Shown: in pieces, positions 1-7,934 of the stretch
Layout: each line of letters starts with the position of its first letter
Numbering within the stretch: position 1 is the stretch's first letter
DNA from: Promethearchaeota archaeon Loki_b32
Lineage (GTDB): Archaea; Asgardarchaeota; Lokiarchaeia; Sigyniarchaeales; SOKP01
DNA length: 32,968 nt
Assembly (NCBI GenBank): GCA_005223125.1
Contig: NJBH01000039.1
Coordinates: 1 to 32,968, forward strand
Reading direction: 5' to 3'
Made by a program: the position numbers and the translations under genes
Notes under the pieces: generated by a model
What the model was told of the DNA's origin: nothing
Databases searched by the model: none
What the model saw: the letters and a program-made list of their open reading frames with translations, nothing else

Positions 1-126
1 TCTTCTGTCTAAATAAAAACAACGAGGACACTGTAAAAAAAGATCAATCTTTGAACGGCTTATTCTAAAAGGCTCTTTTAAATCAGGACTATATATATTT
101 CTTTGTCTTTTTCTGTATTTGTTCAT
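1..126 (-). CDS. 5' part of a PD-(D/E)XK (RecB/Cas4-like) nuclease family protein, runs off window start
   Basis: Not in ORF track; hand translation from ATG at 126 gives MNKYRKRQRNIYSPDLKEPFRISRSKIDLFLQCPRCFYLDRR, with the S-x-S...CPRCFY N-terminal motif of PDDEXK_1-type proteins. Confidence 0.7.
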   Translation of the reverse strand, partial: MNKYRKRQRNIYSPDLKEPFRISRSKIDLFLQCPRCFYLDRR

Positions 127-302
127 TTTTTTCTTTTTAATTCTGTAGAATTTGCGGTATTTTCTTCATGATAAATTGAAACAAAGCATCTTGTTCATTA
201 TATAATATACCTTATGATTCATTCTATATCAAAAATTTGAAACGAAGAATTGTTATTAATGAAAATGTCCTGCAAAAAAGTTTTCTTTTTTTGTGAATGG
301 CT

Positions 303-1025
303 TTAATAAAATCTGCCAAAAAAGTTTGATCGAATCTTGTTTGCTCTTAATAAATCCAATACAAGACTACTACGTATCACAATCGCATTTTCTACAGATA
401 TAGATCTTCCTGCTGCATTTTTACTCTCCCGTGGAGGAGTAACCGATCCCTGTATCCCAATCACTTTTCCTTTAACATCAAACACTGGCCCCCCACTCAT
501 GCCAAATAGACCAACATCTCTTACTAAAAAACCGTCATGTATCCTAGTAAACTCTCTGTTAATACAATTTACTTTTGCTCTGTCCAATACGAACGAAGGT
601 TGAAAGTACCTTCTCACGCCTCCTAGCTCTAATCCTCCTTGGTCATTAGGTTTAATTTTTGCCAAAGGATATCCACTCACACAAACAGATCTGCCAATAT
701 TCGGAATTTTCTTTTCAAGATTAAAGTATTTTTCACTATTTACTTCTATTTTGCCAACAAAAATATCGTAATCATTATTCCTAACAATTTCTCTTATTTT
801 CAATCTTGGTTTATGCACTTCTTCTGGCAGTCTTCCAATATACAAAAAACTAGTGCTTTCAACCGTATTATCAAATACATGAGCAGCTGATATGAAATAT
901 CCTTTTGAGTTGATAAAAAAACCCGTGCCAGCAATGGACACTCGTGCCTCTGTCGAAGAAATTTGTTCCCATCTAAAAATTGGGAACATAGCACTTTTTG
1001 CAATTTTAACCGCTTTTTCAAACAT
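303..1025 (-). CDS. Trypsin-like (S1) serine protease, no signal peptide
   Basis: GTGFFI...SAAHV (His), DYDIF (Asp), GMSGGPV (Ser) catalytic triad motifs. Confidence 0.88.
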   Translation of the reverse strand: MFEKAVKIAKSAMFPIFRWEQISSTEARVSIAGTGFFINSKGYFISAAHVFDNTVESTSFLYIGRLPEEVHKPRLKIREIVRNNDYDIFVGKIEVNSEKYFNLEKKIPNIGRSVCVSGYPLAKIKPNDQGGLELGGVRRYFQPSFVLDRAKVNCINREFTRIHDGFLVRDVGLFGMSGGPVFDVKGKVIGIQGSVTPPRESKNAAGRSISVENAIVIRSSLVLDLLRANKIRSNFFGRFY

Positions 1026-1079
1026 GTTTATTTTTTTAAATTAATTTATAACCTTTAAAAGTTTTCCACAGCGATTTAC

Positions 1080-1107
1080 TTTCGCTTTTCTTTCGCCATG
1101 ATATAAT
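1080..1107 (+). promoter_or_regulatory. Extended -10 promoter of the lexA fusion, overlapped by a TTTCGC-N5-TTTCGC direct repeat (candidate LexA operator)
   Basis: TG-A-TATAAT at 1099-1107; TTTCGC at 1080-1085 and 1091-1096 (11-bp period). Confidence 0.5.
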
Positions 1108-1108
1108 A

Positions 1109-1136
1109 ATTATAGACTTAATAAAAACAGTGTCAA
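1109..1136 (-). promoter_or_regulatory. sigma70-type promoter for the protease gene
   Basis: Minus strand TTGACA (1136-1131), 16-nt spacer, TATAAT (1114-1109). Confidence 0.7.
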
Positions 1137-1145
1137 TATAAATAC

Positions 1146-1154
1146 TGTGGATAA
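1146..1154 (-). promoter_or_regulatory. DnaA-box consensus TTATCCACA in the lexA leader
   Basis: TGTGGATAA at 1146-1154; an oppositely oriented one-mismatch copy (TTTTCCACA) at 1062-1070. Confidence 0.35.
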
Positions 1155-1158
1155 AATT

Positions 1159-2718
1159 ATGTTAACAAAAAAACAAAAACACATTTTTGATTATTTAAAA
1201 AAATTTATAGAAAAAAAAGGATACTCCCCTTCTTTAGAAGAAATAAAAAAACATTTTAGATTATCCTCTGTCGCTACAATACATAAACATCTTGAAAATT
1301 TAAAAAATAAAGGATATTTAGAAAAGCTTAAAAATCAACCAAGGTCAATAAAAATATCTAAAAATAAAAAATCTCAAGAATTAATACAAATCCCAATTCT
1401 TGGGACTATATCCGCTGGACAGCCAATTGAAGCAATAGAAACACCAAACGAAACTATTACAATAACACAAAATAGACTTGGAAAATCTGGTAATCATTAT
1501 GCCTTACGTGTTGAAGGAGACAGCATGATTGAAGAAGGAATTTTTAATGGAGATATTGTTGTGATTAAAAAACAATCTGTCGCTGAAAATGGACAAACAG
1601 TAGTGGCAATAATAGATGATAATCAAGCTACATTAAAAAAAATCTACATGGAAAAAGATAGATTTAAATTAAAGCCAGCAAATCAAACAATGCTCCCAAT
1701 CTACAGAAAAGAGGTTGAAATAAGAGGAGTGGTTATAAAAATAATCAGAAATTTAGAAGATTCATCAACCACCCAACGACATAGCACCCTAGATCTTTTT
1801 GCTGGAATTGGAGGAATAAGAATGGGTTTTAAAAAAAATGGATTTAAAACTGCTTTCGCAAACGATATAAACAAGCAATGCAAAAAGACTTATGACGCAA
1901 ATTTCAAAAAATCAAAATTAATAGTTGAAGATATTAAAAAATTAGGCATTAACGATTTGCCAAAATTTGATTTTCTTTTAGCCGGCTTCCCGTGCCAGGC
2001 ATTTTCAATAGCTGGATACAGAGAAGGCTTTAACGATAAAAAAGGCAGAGGAAATTTATTTTTTGACATAATCAAAATTTTAAAAGCACGAAAACCAAAA
2101 GGCTTTCTCTTAGAAAATGTTAAAAATTTAAAAGGACATGATGATGGAAAAACTTTTAAAATTATTAGGGAAACTCTTGGAAATCTTGGATATCATATCA
2201 AAGAAAAAACATTAAACAGCATGCATTACGGCAATGTTCCACAAAACAGAGAAAGAATATATATTCTTGGATTTAGAAATAAAAAATTTACAGAAAAATT
2301 TAACTTTCCAGAAAAAATTCCATTGACCAAAACAATAGAAGATATGCTGGAAAAAAATATAGACAAAAAATATTACTATAATGATAAACCTCTTTTTAAA
2401 AAACTTAAAGAATATAAATTTCTAAAAAATAAAGTTTATCAATGGAGAAGACAATATATAAGAGAAAATAAAAAGGGTGTCTGTCCGACCCTTACAGCAA
2501 ATATGGGAACAGGAGGACATAATGTTCCAATCATAAAAGACTCTAAAGGTGTTAGAAAACTTACACCTCGCGAGTGCCTGCGACTGCAAGGATTTCCTGA
2601 CAATTTTAAATTGCCAAGTAATCTGCCTGATTCTGCTCTTTATAAGCAAATTGGGAATTCAGTAACTGTTACTGTTATTGAAAGAATTGCAAGGGCAATA
2701 AATAAAGCTATAAATTAA
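1159..2718 (+). CDS. lexA: LexA repressor fused in frame to a C5-cytosine DNA methyltransferase
   Basis: wHTH (LTKKQK...GYSPSLEEI), Ala-Gly site (ISAGQP), Ser (GDSM) and Lys (ATLKK), then MTase motifs LDLFAGIGG, GFPCQ, ENV, QNRERIY, QIGNSV. ATG 1159 preferred over GTG 1147. Confidence 0.93.
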   Translation: MLTKKQKHIFDYLKKFIEKKGYSPSLEEIKKHFRLSSVATIHKHLENLKNKGYLEKLKNQPRSIKISKNKKSQELIQIPILGTISAGQPIEAIETPNETITITQNRLGKSGNHYALRVEGDSMIEEGIFNGDIVVIKKQSVAENGQTVVAIIDDNQATLKKIYMEKDRFKLKPANQTMLPIYRKEVEIRGVVIKIIRNLEDSSTTQRHSTLDLFAGIGGIRMGFKKNGFKTAFANDINKQCKKTYDANFKKSKLIVEDIKKLGINDLPKFDFLLAGFPCQAFSIAGYREGFNDKKGRGNLFFDIIKILKARKPKGFLLENVKNLKGHDDGKTFKIIRETLGNLGYHIKEKTLNSMHYGNVPQNRERIYILGFRNKKFTEKFNFPEKIPLTKTIEDMLEKNIDKKYYYNDKPLFKKLKEYKFLKNKVYQWRRQYIRENKKGVCPTLTANMGTGGHNVPIIKDSKGVRKLTPRECLRLQGFPDNFKLPSNLPDSALYKQIGNSVTVTVIERIARAINKAIN

Positions 2719-3551
2719 AGTTGTGCTATTAATTTCTTCCATTCCTCATCTGAACTACGCATCAATGCAACATTTTTAACATATCTGTGACCATTGCTAA
2801 AGTCTTGATTGGGTATTGCTGTAACTTTTTCTAATTCATCAAGATATACAAATCCACAAATCCAAACTGGTATGTTTTTTAATTCTTCTATTTTTCTGAA
2901 TTTTTCATTTTTATCAAAAAATTTTCTAACTTTTCCGAAAAACGAATGCTCTCTTAATATTCTGAATAAATGATCGCCAGGAAGATCAACTCTGGCAAAT
3001 ATATAAACATCGCTTTTTCTATCTGGCAAGTCAACTTCATTAGCTCCTAAAACTAAATAGGCATTTTTCATTTTACTTGCCTTAACACCAACTCCAAGCT
3101 TAGGCTCCCTGAAAGAGTTTCCGTCTTTAATTGAATCAAAATCCTGCGGAGTTATCTCTTCAGGATGAACTTCCTCATCAAGAGTGATTTCAGTATTGAA
3201 TTTTCTCTTTAAAAAAATTTTGATCGCATGTTCAGCTAATACGCCAAGAATAACATCATCAGCTGCTTGCACCTCGGTTCTATTGCCTCTTATTCCATGC
3301 AAAGAAAGCCCCCCATAAACCATTTTTATTGCAAACTCAAAACATTTTTCATATTCATTCATAGAAAGATTAATAGTTCTTTGCTCTTTTAATTTTTTCC
3401 AGCTCTCTAAGTGGTTTTTCTCAAAATACCATCTTCCATTGCTTTTCTTTTCCCCTTTTATTTCTTTGCTAAGTTTGAAATAATTTTCAAAACACTTATC
3501 TGAAATATCTAAATATTTTATTGCTTCTTTTTTAGTTAAATCATCTGGCAT
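2715..3551 (-). CDS. Putative type II restriction endonuclease with N-terminal excisionase/MerR-like HTH
   Basis: N-terminal LTKKEAIKYLDIS...GRWYFEKNHL; C-terminal GVLAE...PQDFD...GVKASK resembles a PD-(D/E)XK core; convergent 4-nt overlap with the MTase and adjacent to vsr. Confidence 0.62.
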   Translation of the reverse strand: MPDDLTKKEAIKYLDISDKCFENYFKLSKEIKGEKKSNGRWYFEKNHLESWKKLKEQRTINLSMNEYEKCFEFAIKMVYGGLSLHGIRGNRTEVQAADDVILGVLAEHAIKIFLKRKFNTEITLDEEVHPEEITPQDFDSIKDGNSFREPKLGVGVKASKMKNAYLVLGANEVDLPDRKSDVYIFARVDLPGDHLFRILREHSFFGKVRKFFDKNEKFRKIEELKNIPVWICGFVYLDELEKVTAIPNQDFSNGHRYVKNVALMRSSDEEWKKLIAQL

Positions 3552-3555
3552 ATTT

Positions 3556-3945
3556 TTAAATAATTTTATAAAAATTTCTTTTAAAATCTTTTTTAATCTG
3601 ATGCTCCCAAAATTTCACTACTCTCCAACCATTCCTTTTCAAAATATTGGTGTTAAGTCTATCTCTTTTAATATTTTTTTCAAGTTTAGGTAACCAATAC
3701 GTCTTTTTGCTTTTTGGTTTTTTAAAACATCGAGGACATTTATGCCAAAAACATCCGTGAACAAAAATAGCAATTTTTTTATCTGTTAAAATAATATCCG
3801 GACTACCCCTAGTTTTAGGATGCATGTTATGTTTCACTTTCCAGCCTTTTAAAAAATTATGAATTTTCCTTTCCGGGAAAGTCCACTTGCCTCTTATTCT
3901 AGACATACAATAACTTCTTTGTTTTTTCGTTAAAGTGTCCACCAT
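3556..3945 (-). CDS. vsr: Very short patch repair endonuclease
   Basis: MVDTLTKKQRSYCMSRIR, GSPDI, FVHGCFWH, GWRVVKFWE; beside a C5 MTase. Confidence 0.95.
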   Translation of the reverse strand: MVDTLTKKQRSYCMSRIRGKWTFPERKIHNFLKGWKVKHNMHPKTRGSPDIILTDKKIAIFVHGCFWHKCPRCFKKPKSKKTYWLPKLEKNIKRDRLNTNILKRNGWRVVKFWEHQIKKDFKRNFYKII

Positions 3946-3994
3946 AATCTTTTATCAAAACCTCTTTTAATTTTTCTCAATTTTTCTTTGATAA

Positions 3995-5116
3995 TTAAGT
4001 TAAAGATTCAGCTTTTTCTAAAAGCCAATTAATGTTTAAATCTTCTTTATTTCCTTTAAAATTATGATCTAACTCCCTTACAGAGTCATAAGACAGAAAC
4101 TTGATTATACGATCAAGGGCAAGGTAATTATTAGAAAATGTTGGCCTACGTAATTCTGTAAAAACTTTATTCTTCCTTTTTCTATCTGCAACTATAAAAA
4201 ATGGATAGGTTGAATTTGGAGTTAAAGTTCTTAAATCTGATAATCTTAATATTCCAGAATAGACACTTGTTGAATGCTCAATTTCAAACGCTGATTTAAT
4301 TGAATGTCCCAATTTCCAAACAGTATCAATGTTTTTAATATAAAGAGGAACATCAATTGTTTCTTGAAATTCTTTAATAACAAAATCTCTGAATTTTTTA
4401 CCATCAAACTCTTTAGACTGATCAGCAGATGGCACCCAAACATCAAAATTAGATTTATTTCCTAAATGAATAAGACGCCACTGTATTTCTGTATGTTCTG
4501 TTGGTGCTTTTTCAATCTTTTCTTCAATAACTTCACTGATTATTTTATTCTTTTCAAATTCAATTTCTTCAAGTTCTTGTCCACTATCTAATTTCTGTAA
4601 AAGCGATATTAAATCCCCATAAACTGAAAGTAATTTATCAACCTTTTCTTGCTTAATCGCCATAAACCCTTGAGGACGATATACTTGAGTATACCCCAAA
4701 TATTTATTTAATTTAGTCATATCAACATTAAAAGCAACATCATTAATCATAAAATAAATATACTCCCAAGTTCTTCCTTGATTATCTTCTTGCCAAAAAT
4801 ATTTTGCTAAATCAGCACTCCTAACTTTAGTAGCTATTTCAGCCGCAAGAATGATTTTTCCTTTTCTGTAAACCATTACATAATCCCCCTCCTCCATTGT
4901 GTCCCAATTTCTAATATTGCTTGGGCCCGGAACAGCGCCCCAAACAGCATAAGGCCTTCCATGACTATATTCATTTAATTTTTGAATTTCTTTTGAATTT
5001 AAAAACTTACTAAACTCATTAACAGATCGTCTATTTTTAATAGTATCGTAATAATGACGGTCGGTTTCGTGTCCACCTCCAGCCATCACAAAAAATATTT
5101 TACGCTTTTTAATCAT
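3995..5116 (-). CDS. EVE/PUA-like domain + PD-(D/E)XK nuclease (candidate modification-dependent restriction endonuclease)
   Basis: N-terminal VWG...WDTMEEGDYVMVY...I pattern; C-terminal IDTVW...AFEIEHSTSVYSGILRLSDL nuclease-like motif. Confidence 0.6.
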   Translation of the reverse strand: MIKKRKIFFVMAGGGHETDRHYYDTIKNRRSVNEFSKFLNSKEIQKLNEYSHGRPYAVWGAVPGPSNIRNWDTMEEGDYVMVYRKGKIILAAEIATKVRSADLAKYFWQEDNQGRTWEYIYFMINDVAFNVDMTKLNKYLGYTQVYRPQGFMAIKQEKVDKLLSVYGDLISLLQKLDSGQELEEIEFEKNKIISEVIEEKIEKAPTEHTEIQWRLIHLGNKSNFDVWVPSADQSKEFDGKKFRDFVIKEFQETIDVPLYIKNIDTVWKLGHSIKSAFEIEHSTSVYSGILRLSDLRTLTPNSTYPFFIVADRKRKNKVFTELRRPTFSNNYLALDRIIKFLSYDSVRELDHNFKGNKEDLNINWLLEKAESLT

Positions 5117-5205
5117 AGATCTTTTTCTATCTTCAATCTAACTCTATTTTTGGTAAAAAACAAGCTAAAAAAAACATCGCATAATCTATGTTAAGCGTCT
5201 TTATA

Positions 5206-5595
5206 TTAAGTATTTTTAATCTTTGAGTGATTTCTTATCCATAATTCAATTTCTTTCAAACTAAGGTGTTTAGTCGCCACATCTATGGGAAATTTCTTTA
5301 ATTCTTTTGTTTCTACTTCAAAAGAGTAGTTGTTCCTGCTTAGAAAAACTTTTACAGCAGTTATGCTAGTTCTTTTATTGCCGTCTATAAAAATATGCCC
5401 TTTATTTATTGACCGCAAATAAAAAGCAGCTTTTGAAAATATGTTTGGATAAAGTTCTTGTCCAGAAAAGCTTTGAGCAGGCTGTGTTTCTAACATTAAA
5501 AGAGCGTGTTCATTTAACACGCCCTCTAAACCACCCGTTTTCCTTATGATTTCATCGTGCATTTCTTTAATCTCTTCGCTTGATAAATAATTCAT
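5206..5595 (-). CDS. doc: Doc (death-on-curing)/Fic family toxin
   Basis: HIFIDGNKRT motif; P...FSGQELYPNIFSKAA typical of Doc. Confidence 0.92.
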   Translation of the reverse strand: MNYLSSEEIKEMHDEIIRKTGGLEGVLNEHALLMLETQPAQSFSGQELYPNIFSKAAFYLRSINKGHIFIDGNKRTSITAVKVFLSRNNYSFEVETKELKKFPIDVATKHLSLKEIELWIRNHSKIKNT

Positions 5596-5604
5596 AATCC
5601 CTGA

Positions 5605-5808
5605 TTATTTATCCGCAAGATATTCAAAAGCTTCTCTATGTTTTTCTATAAAATCTGAAGTTTCTTTTCTAATATCAAAATCGTAATCTTCGTAAACAAA
5701 GAATGAGCTGGTCGTCCCAGCAACTCTTAGTGTAAATAAATTCTTCAACAAATTTGGCCTTTTCGTTTTTATGGTTTTAGTTCCCTGTAATTTAGTAATT
5801 GAGTTCAT
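5605..5808 (-). CDS. Putative antitoxin for Doc
   Basis: 67 aa immediately upstream of doc; C-terminal FIEKHREAFEYLADK resembles Doc-neutralising helices. Confidence 0.6.
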   Translation of the reverse strand: MNSITKLQGTKTIKTKRPNLLKNLFTLRVAGTTSSFFVYEDYDFDIRKETSDFIEKHREAFEYLADK

Positions 5809-6179
5809 AATTTAGGTATTTCTTTTAATAAATTTAAATTAAAATCTGTGGTCAATTCTTCTTTGTCAACAATCGCCTTAACTGCATAAACTCCGGGTTC
5901 AGGAAAAACGATGTCAGTAAATCGAGCAAAAAAGCGGTGATTCGTTCCAGTTGAAACCTCTTCGTTAACGCTTGCTATTTCCTTGTTATCTTTCGTGATA
6001 GAAATTTTATAATGATGTTTTCCTGCTGTTCCATGTGTAATAAGACTAACTGTTAGTTCTTTGTGTTTAGCGGGGAAATTTAAAGCACCTATAGAATCAA
6101 AAATACCCTCTATAGTAACTTTTTTCGTATCGTTATCAATGATTACTTTATCTGAAACAAGAAGAGATAAGATTTTCAT
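5805..6179 (-). CDS. DUF6941-like small beta-sandwich protein
   Basis: LLVSDKVIID...KVTIEGIFDSI...FP...FPEPGVY pattern; 4-nt overlap with the antitoxin start. Confidence 0.65.
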   Translation of the reverse strand: MKILSLLVSDKVIIDNDTKKVTIEGIFDSIGALNFPAKHKELTVSLITHGTAGKHHYKISITKDNKEIASVNEEVSTGTNHRFFARFTDIVFPEPGVYAVKAIVDKEELTTDFNLNLLKEIPKL

Positions 6180-6261
6180 ATCTTTAATTTACCATATCAA
6201 TAAGTAATTAACAATCAATGAAGACTGTTATGCGAGTCTTTTAAAAGATATGTAAAGTTTT

Positions 6262-6459
6262 TTATTGATTAGAGTCCTTTTTATCAAAATCAGAAGATGA
6301 GGGAGGCTCTATTTTCAAAAACTCTTTTTTTATCCAATAGTTTTTTATATTCTTTTGAGGATAGGTATTAAATCCCCATTTTCTATAAGCCTCATTTATA
6401 GAAGACAATAAATCAAATCCCTTCTCCTCTTTTTTCTTTTCAGTTTCTAAGAAAAACAT
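6262..6459 (-). CDS. Small hypothetical protein
   Basis: 65-aa ATG ORF starting 21 nt after the proteasome-like gene, co-oriented. Confidence 0.45.
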   Translation of the reverse strand: MFFLETEKKKEEKGFDLLSSINEAYRKWGFNTYPQKNIKNYWIKKEFLKIEPPSSSDFDKKDSNQ

Positions 6460-6480
6460 TTTTAAAATTATTTTTATTAT

Positions 6481-7224
6481 TTAAGGTGATTCTATTCTAG
6501 ATGATTCAATCTCAGGAGGTTGTTGTATTTCCCTTGGCAATTCAATAATTGTTGTTTCTGTTCCAACTCCAGGAGCAACCTCACTTCTTCTTTTTGCTTC
6601 TTCCACAAGACCTCTAACTTCTATTTTACTCATTGTTTTTTTATAGTTTTCTCCGATTAAAAAGTAAGTTGCGTGAGGAGCTCCAATACCAACACATGCA
6701 TGTCCGAGAGCATCGTGAGAAACTAATATGCCTGGGTGTGTAATACTATAAATATGACATTTTTCTTCAGAGTCATGTCCTGCAATTATTAACTCTACCC
6801 CTATATTATCGTTTAATAGTGCTTTCTCAATTTCTTGAATCACACCAGGGTGGAGAGATTGCTGTTTTTCGTAATACTTTTCAATTGTAAGCCCCCGAGG
6901 CTCTAATGCCCTTCGTATCGCCATATTCCTACGATAATCTTGGTATTCTTTTCTAACAATTTCAGCTATTTGTCCTACTGTTTGAGGAGTTCCGCTTTCT
7001 GTATTCGCTGAGATGACTTTCTTGCGTGAGTTTTCAATAATTTCATGAGCAAAAAGTGCATTTCCCGCAGTTAATGCTACTACGTTTTCTCCTATTTCAT
7101 AAATTTTCTTAACATCATCAGTTTCAAACTGATAAGCAATTGGAATGCTGGCTGTAATCATTTGATCAGCAGCTAGAATTAATTTTTTTCCATCTTCTGC
7201 TAATGCTGCAATACAAATTGTCAT
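6481..7224 (-). CDS. Proteasome beta-subunit/HslV-like Ntn-hydrolase
   Basis: M-T-I-C-I-A start exposes Thr1; AADQ (Asp17-like), DVKKI (Lys33-like), ALTAG, ELIIAG, CVGIG, PGVG motifs. Confidence 0.8.
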   Translation of the reverse strand: MTICIAALAEDGKKLILAADQMITASIPIAYQFETDDVKKIYEIGENVVALTAGNALFAHEIIENSRKKVISANTESGTPQTVGQIAEIVRKEYQDYRRNMAIRRALEPRGLTIEKYYEKQQSLHPGVIQEIEKALLNDNIGVELIIAGHDSEEKCHIYSITHPGILVSHDALGHACVGIGAPHATYFLIGENYKKTMSKIEVRGLVEEAKRRSEVAPGVGTETTIIELPREIQQPPEIESSRIESP

Positions 7225-7493
7225 ACTATTTAACTATAATATAGTTTTTTGAAAAGAGCCAATACCATTAGTCCCTATGGTGAAATCACGAAAATCTAAT
7301 TTCTGAATCATTCTTGCATCAGAGATTAAATAACCACAAGACATATTACAGGTTTTTAATTGCGCAGAACATAGATTGTAAGGCAGAAAAACCGTCTCTT
7401 AGGCGATTTTTTCTTGGCTCCAGGGGGCTGAACGATGTTAGAACTTATTTTGTAAAATTAATTACTCTGAAATACTTTGTCTAAATTAATTGA

Positions 7494-7838
7494 TTAAAAA
7501 TTACTTGATTTTTGACGATTACATTTTTGACACAAAAGTTGAATATTATTAGCCGTATTACTTCCCCCTTTCGTGAAAGGAATTATATGGTCAAATTCAA
7601 GATTCCTTCTACTTCCACAATAAACGCACTTTCCTTTATCTCTTTCGTACACTATTTCTTGTATATCCCGCGGTATCCCCGCTCTTTGTCCTTCTCGTTT
7701 TAGTCGCCTTCGAGTTAACTTTCTAAAAAATGAGTTAATTAATTCTATAAATATTGTCAAGCCTAATATAAAAACCCATACCCACCACAGTGATTTTATT
7801 ATTAGCCAAAACGTTTTTAAGATTTCGAACATATTCAT
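7494..7838 (-). CDS. HNH endonuclease with N-terminal transmembrane helix
   Basis: CVYCG...EFDHIIP...GG...[14 protein letters not shown]; hydrophobic [17 protein letters not shown]. Confidence 0.9.
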   Translation of the reverse strand: MNMFEILKTFWLIIKSLWWVWVFILGLTIFIELINSFFRKLTRRRLKREGQRAGIPRDIQEIVYERDKGKCVYCGSRRNLEFDHIIPFTKGGSNTANNIQLLCQKCNRQKSSNF

Positions 7839-7934
7839 ATTTTTTCATGAAGCATAAAAACTTTCTTAACTTCGGGCTAAATTTTGATTATTTCTAAAAG
7901 TGTTTTTGTATTCTAAGATTTTTTAATTTAGAAT

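Noticed and set aside
1059-1154. Possible oriC
   Set aside because: Only two DnaA-like boxes and no dnaA/dnaN nearby.
337-2649. Short ORFs overlapping the protease and lexA-MTase
   Set aside because: Shadow or alternate-frame ORFs with no motifs.
6221-6240. AAGACT-N8-AGTCTT inverted repeat upstream of the DUF6941-antitoxin-doc genes
   Set aside because: Single 6-bp arm pair; cannot be distinguished from chance or a weak terminator.
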